Origin: Candidatus Fimenecus sp.
GTDB taxonomy: Bacteria; Bacillota; Clostridia; Oscillospirales; Acutalibacteraceae
Assembly: GCA_051881355.1 (NCBI GenBank)
Contig: JBJEPS010000078.1
Coordinates: forward strand, 34,475 to 98,474
Reading direction: 5' to 3'
Length of the DNA stretch: 64,000 nt
Every line of letters begins with the position of its first letter. Position 1 is the stretch's first letter. Of this stretch, positions 61,046-64,000 are shown in pieces. Both the position numbers and the translations under genes were made by a program. A model generated the notes under the pieces. The model searched no databases and was not told the origin of the DNA. It worked only from the letters and a program-made list of their open reading frames with translations.

Positions 61046-63124
61046 ATGCCGAGAAAGGTATCTCTTGAAAAAACAAGAAATATTGGTATTATGGCGCACA
61101 TCGACGCCGGTAAAACGACGACCACTGAGCGTATTTTGTTTTACACGGGTGTAAACCATAAAATCGGTGAAACCCACGACGGCGATGCCACCATGGACTG
61201 GATGGCGCAGGAGCAGGAGAGAGGTATCACCATCACCTCCGCTGCGACCACCTGTTTCTGGAAAGAGCACCGTATCAATATCATCGACACGCCCGGCCAC
61301 GTTGACTTCACCGTTGAAGTGCAGCGTTCGCTTCGTGTTTTGGACGGTTCCGTTACCGTTCTTTGCGCAAAGGGCGGTGTTGAGCCGCAGTCTGAGACCG
61401 TTTGGCGTCAGGCTGACGAATACCATGTTCCGCGTATGATTTATGTCAATAAAATGGACATTATGGGCGCGGACTTCTACCGCGTACTGGATATGGTCAA
61501 TGAGCGTTTCCAGTGCAATCCCGTTCCGATTCAGCTGCCCATCGGCTGTGAGGACACCTTTAAGGGCATTGTGGACTTGGTCGAAATGGACGCTGAAATC
61601 TATTATGACGACCTTGGCAAAGATGTCCGCCGTGAGCCTATCCCCGACGACATGAAAGAGCTGGCACAGAAATATCGTGAACAGCTTATCGAGCATGTTG
61701 CCGAGCAGGATGAAGAGCTGATGGAAAAATACTTCAACGGCGAAGAACTCACCGTCGAAGAAATTAAACGTACCATTCGCAAATCGACGATTGAGAACAC
61801 CATGGTGCCGATTACCTGCGGTACTTCTTACCGCAACAAGGGCGTGCAGCCGCTTCTCGACGCGATTGTCGATTATATGCCCGCCCCCACCGATGTTGAG
61901 GCGATTAAGGGCGTGAACCCCGATACTGATGAAGAAGAAGTCCGTCATTCTTCGGACGAAGAGCCGTTCTCTGCGCTCGCATTCAAGATTGCAACCGACC
62001 CCTACGTCGGTAAAATCTGCTTCTTCCGTGTGTATTCGGGTACGGTTGAAGCCGGCGCGAGTGTTTATAACTCCGTGAAGGACAACCGTGAAAGAATGGG
62101 TCGTATTTTGCAAATGCACGCAAATCACCGCGAAGACATCGAAGTCTGCTATTCGGGCGATATTGCGGCGGCAGTTGGTTTGAAAAACACCACCACGGGT
62201 GATACCCTCTGCGACGAGAAACACCCCATTATCTTGGAGTCGATGAACTTCCCCGAGCCGGTTATTCGCGTTGCAATTGAGCCGAAAACCAAGGCGGGCC
62301 AAGAGAAAATGGGTATCGGTTTGCAAAAGCTTGCCGAAGAGGACCCGACCTTTAAGTGCTATACCGATGAAGAAACCGGTCAAACCATTATCGCAGGTAT
62401 GGGCGAACTCCACCTCGAAATCATCGTCGACCGTTTGCTTCGTGAATTCAAGGTTGAAGCCAATGTCGGTAAGCCGCAGGTTGCTTACCGCGAAACCATC
62501 CGCAAGCCCGCGTCTTCCGATACGAAGTACGCGCGTCAGTCCGGTGGTAAAGGTCAGTACGGTCATGTTAAGATTAACATTGAGCCGAACCCCGATAAGG
62601 GCTATGAATTCATCAACAATGTTGTCGGCGGCGCTATCCCGAAGGAATACATCGGACCGGTTGACGCAGGTATCCAAGGTGCGATGCAGTCCGGCGTATT
62701 GGCAGGCTATTCCATGGTCGATGTCAAGGTTACGCTGTATGACGGTTCTTATCACGAGGTTGACTCCTCTGAAATGGCGTTTAAGATTGCCGGTTCTATG
62801 GCATTCAAGGATGCTGCCAGAAAAGCAGACCCCGTGCTGTTAGAGCCGATTATGAAGGTTGTTGTTATCGTTCCCGAAGAGTATATGGGTGACGTTATCG
62901 GCGACCTGAACTCCCGCCGCGGCGAAATCCAGGGCTTTGAGGACAGAACCGGCGTGAAACAGATTAACGCGCATGTGCCGCTGTCCGAAATGTTCGGTTA
63001 CGCTACTGACTTGCGCTCAAAGAGCCAAGGACGCGGGCAGTATGTCATGGAACCCGACGGCTATAAAGAGGTTCCGAAGTCTATCGCAGAGAAAATTATT
63101 TCCGAGCGTACAAAGAAAGACTAA
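61046..63124 (+). CDS. fusA: translation elongation factor G
   Basis: [35 protein letters not shown] at 61046 with GGAGG 5 nt upstream. Confidence 0.97.
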   Translation: MPRKVSLEKTRNIGIMAHIDAGKTTTTERILFYTGVNHKIGETHDGDATMDWMAQEQERGITITSAATTCFWKEHRINIIDTPGHVDFTVEVQRSLRVLDGSVTVLCAKGGVEPQSETVWRQADEYHVPRMIYVNKMDIMGADFYRVLDMVNERFQCNPVPIQLPIGCEDTFKGIVDLVEMDAEIYYDDLGKDVRREPIPDDMKELAQKYREQLIEHVAEQDEELMEKYFNGEELTVEEIKRTIRKSTIENTMVPITCGTSYRNKGVQPLLDAIVDYMPAPTDVEAIKGVNPDTDEEEVRHSSDEEPFSALAFKIATDPYVGKICFFRVYSGTVEAGASVYNSVKDNRERMGRILQMHANHREDIEVCYSGDIAAAVGLKNTTTGDTLCDEKHPIILESMNFPEPVIRVAIEPKTKAGQEKMGIGLQKLAEEDPTFKCYTDEETGQTIIAGMGELHLEIIVDRLLREFKVEANVGKPQVAYRETIRKPASSDTKYARQSGGKGQYGHVKINIEPNPDKGYEFINNVVGGAIPKEYIGPVDAGIQGAMQSGVLAGYSMVDVKVTLYDGSYHEVDSSEMAFKIAGSMAFKDAARKADPVLLEPIMKVVVIVPEEYMGDVIGDLNSRRGEIQGFEDRTGVKQINAHVPLSEMFGYATDLRSKSQGRGQYVMEPDGYKEVPKSIAEKIISERTKKD

Positions 63125-63138
63125 TTTCAGAAAAAGGC

Positions 63139-63167
63139 TTGAAATTTTGTCCGTTTATTGGTAAAAT
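63139..63167 (+). promoter_or_regulatory. internal promoter upstream of tuf
   Basis: TTGAAA, a 17-nt spacer, then TAAAAT. It shares the upstream 12-mer AAAAAGGCTTGA with the rpsL promoter. Confidence 0.5.
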
Positions 63168-63221
63168 ACAAGCACATAGCATTTTGTAAAATATTTGCGC
63201 TAAATAAAGGAGGAAATTCCA

Positions 63222-64000
63222 ATGGCAAAGGAAAAATTTAACCGTAGCAAACCGCACGTTAACATTGGTACCATCGGCCACGTTGACCATGGTAAAACCA
63301 CGTTGACCGCTGCAATCACCAAGACGCTCGCTATGAAGGGCTATGCAAAGTTCGAAGCATATGACATGATCGACAAGGCTCCCGAAGAGAGAGAGCGCGG
63401 CATCACCATCAACACCGCACACGTTGAGTATGAGACCGATTCTCGTCACTATGCACACGTTGACTGCCCCGGCCATGCGGACTATATCAAAAACATGATT
63501 ACCGGTGCTGCACAGATGGACGGCGCTATCCTTGTTATCGCTGCAACTGACGGCCCGATGGCACAGACCAAAGAGCACTTGTTGCTTGCTCGCCAGGTTG
63601 GTGTTCCCTACATCATCGTTTTCCTGAACAAAGCTGACCAGGTTGACGATCCGGAACTCCTTGAACTTGTTGAAATGGAAGTTCGTGAAACCCTTTCCGA
63701 GTACGGCTTCCCGGGCGATGACACCCCGATTATCGTCGGTTCCGCACTTAAAGCACTTGAGTACAGCGGCAACGATATGGACGCGCCCGAGATCAAACCG
63801 ATTTGGGAACTGATGGATGCTGTTGACAGCTATATCCCGACGCCCGACCGTAAAGCTGACCTTCCTTTCCTGATGCCCATCGAAGACGTTATGACCATCT
63901 CCGGCCGTGGTACTGTTGTTACCGGTCGTGTGGAGCGTGGTCAGCTCAAGACCGGCGAGGAAGTTGAAATCGTTGGTTTGTCCGATGAGAAGAAAAAGAC
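63222..64000 (+). CDS. tuf: translation elongation factor Tu, truncated by the right edge
   Basis: Not in the ORF track because it has no stop in the window. The ATG at 63222 follows [40 protein letters not shown]..., [12 protein letters not shown]. Confidence 0.97.
   Translation, partial: MAKEKFNRSKPHVNIGTIGHVDHGKTTLTAAITKTLAMKGYAKFEAYDMIDKAPEERERGITINTAHVEYETDSRHYAHVDCPGHADYIKNMITGAAQMDGAILVIAATDGPMAQTKEHLLLARQVGVPYIIVFLNKADQVDDPELLELVEMEVRETLSEYGFPGDDTPIIVGSALKALEYSGNDMDAPEIKPIWELMDAVDSYIPTPDRKADLPFLMPIEDVMTISGRGTVVTGRVERGQLKTGEEVEIVGLSDEKKK

Noticed and set aside
61025-62755. 576-aa ORF antisense to fusA
   Set aside because: It lies entirely opposite a gene with unmistakable EF-G motifs. 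Its sequence is low-complexity and Arg/Val/Gly-rich with no RBS. This is a typical antisense open frame in a GC-biased coding region.

Overview
This 64-kb window looks like a Clostridia chromosome. The gene content and the Clostridia-type insertion in ribosomal protein S12 suggest a gut anaerobe similar to Oscillospiraceae/Ruminococcaceae, but that placement is inference, not a search result. Nearly all of it is tightly packed core metabolism and information processing.

Left to right, the window contains:
- an edge-truncated anaerobic sulfatase maturase and a membrane-anchored Cys-type sulfatase;
- a five-gene HydABC-type [FeFe]-hydrogenase operon;
- pdxR, divergent from a pdxK / ECF S-component / pdxS / pdxT vitamin B6 operon;
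- a radical SAM gene, a small membrane-protein gene, obg, mrnC and a yitT-like gene;
- lepA, a ProX-like gene and hemW;
- a phosphoesterase, metA and an Fe-ADH;
- apbE, DUF1312 and Gx genes followed by rnfCDGEAB;
- a tiny Cys-rich peptide gene and rpmB;
- recA-recX-rimO-pgsA;
- a Cys T-box leader followed by cysE, cysS, DUF975, an ApgM-like gene, metY and a phosphoesterase;
- a second yitT-like gene, ilvD and a GT-C-like membrane protein;
- lacZ (GH2) and a DUF815 ATPase;
- rpoB-rpoC and rpsL-rpsG-fusA-tuf, with tuf truncated at the right edge.

I found no rRNA, tRNA, CRISPR array, IS element, integrase or prophage, and no obvious multi-gene defence island.

The signals I consider most worth follow-up are:
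1. An 84-aa membrane-protein gene whose consensus promoter is bracketed by two LexA-like boxes. Both share an 11-nt core with the box at recA in this same window.
2. Two families of palindromic intergenic repeats at five operon ends: a long two-stem hairpin and GTAGGG/CCCTAC REP-like hairpins.
3. A natural Cys-to-Ser change in the H-cluster L1 motif of HydA (TSCSP instead of TSCCP), in an operon that also carries an orphan histidine-kinase-type ATPase.
4. A 49-aa Cys/Gly/Asp-Arg-rich transmembrane peptide.
5. A Cys T-box leader in front of a six-gene operon that links cysE/cysS to metY and an ApgM-like gene.

All coordinates and motifs were read by eye from the sequence. Homology calls rest on recognised motifs and were not checked against any database.
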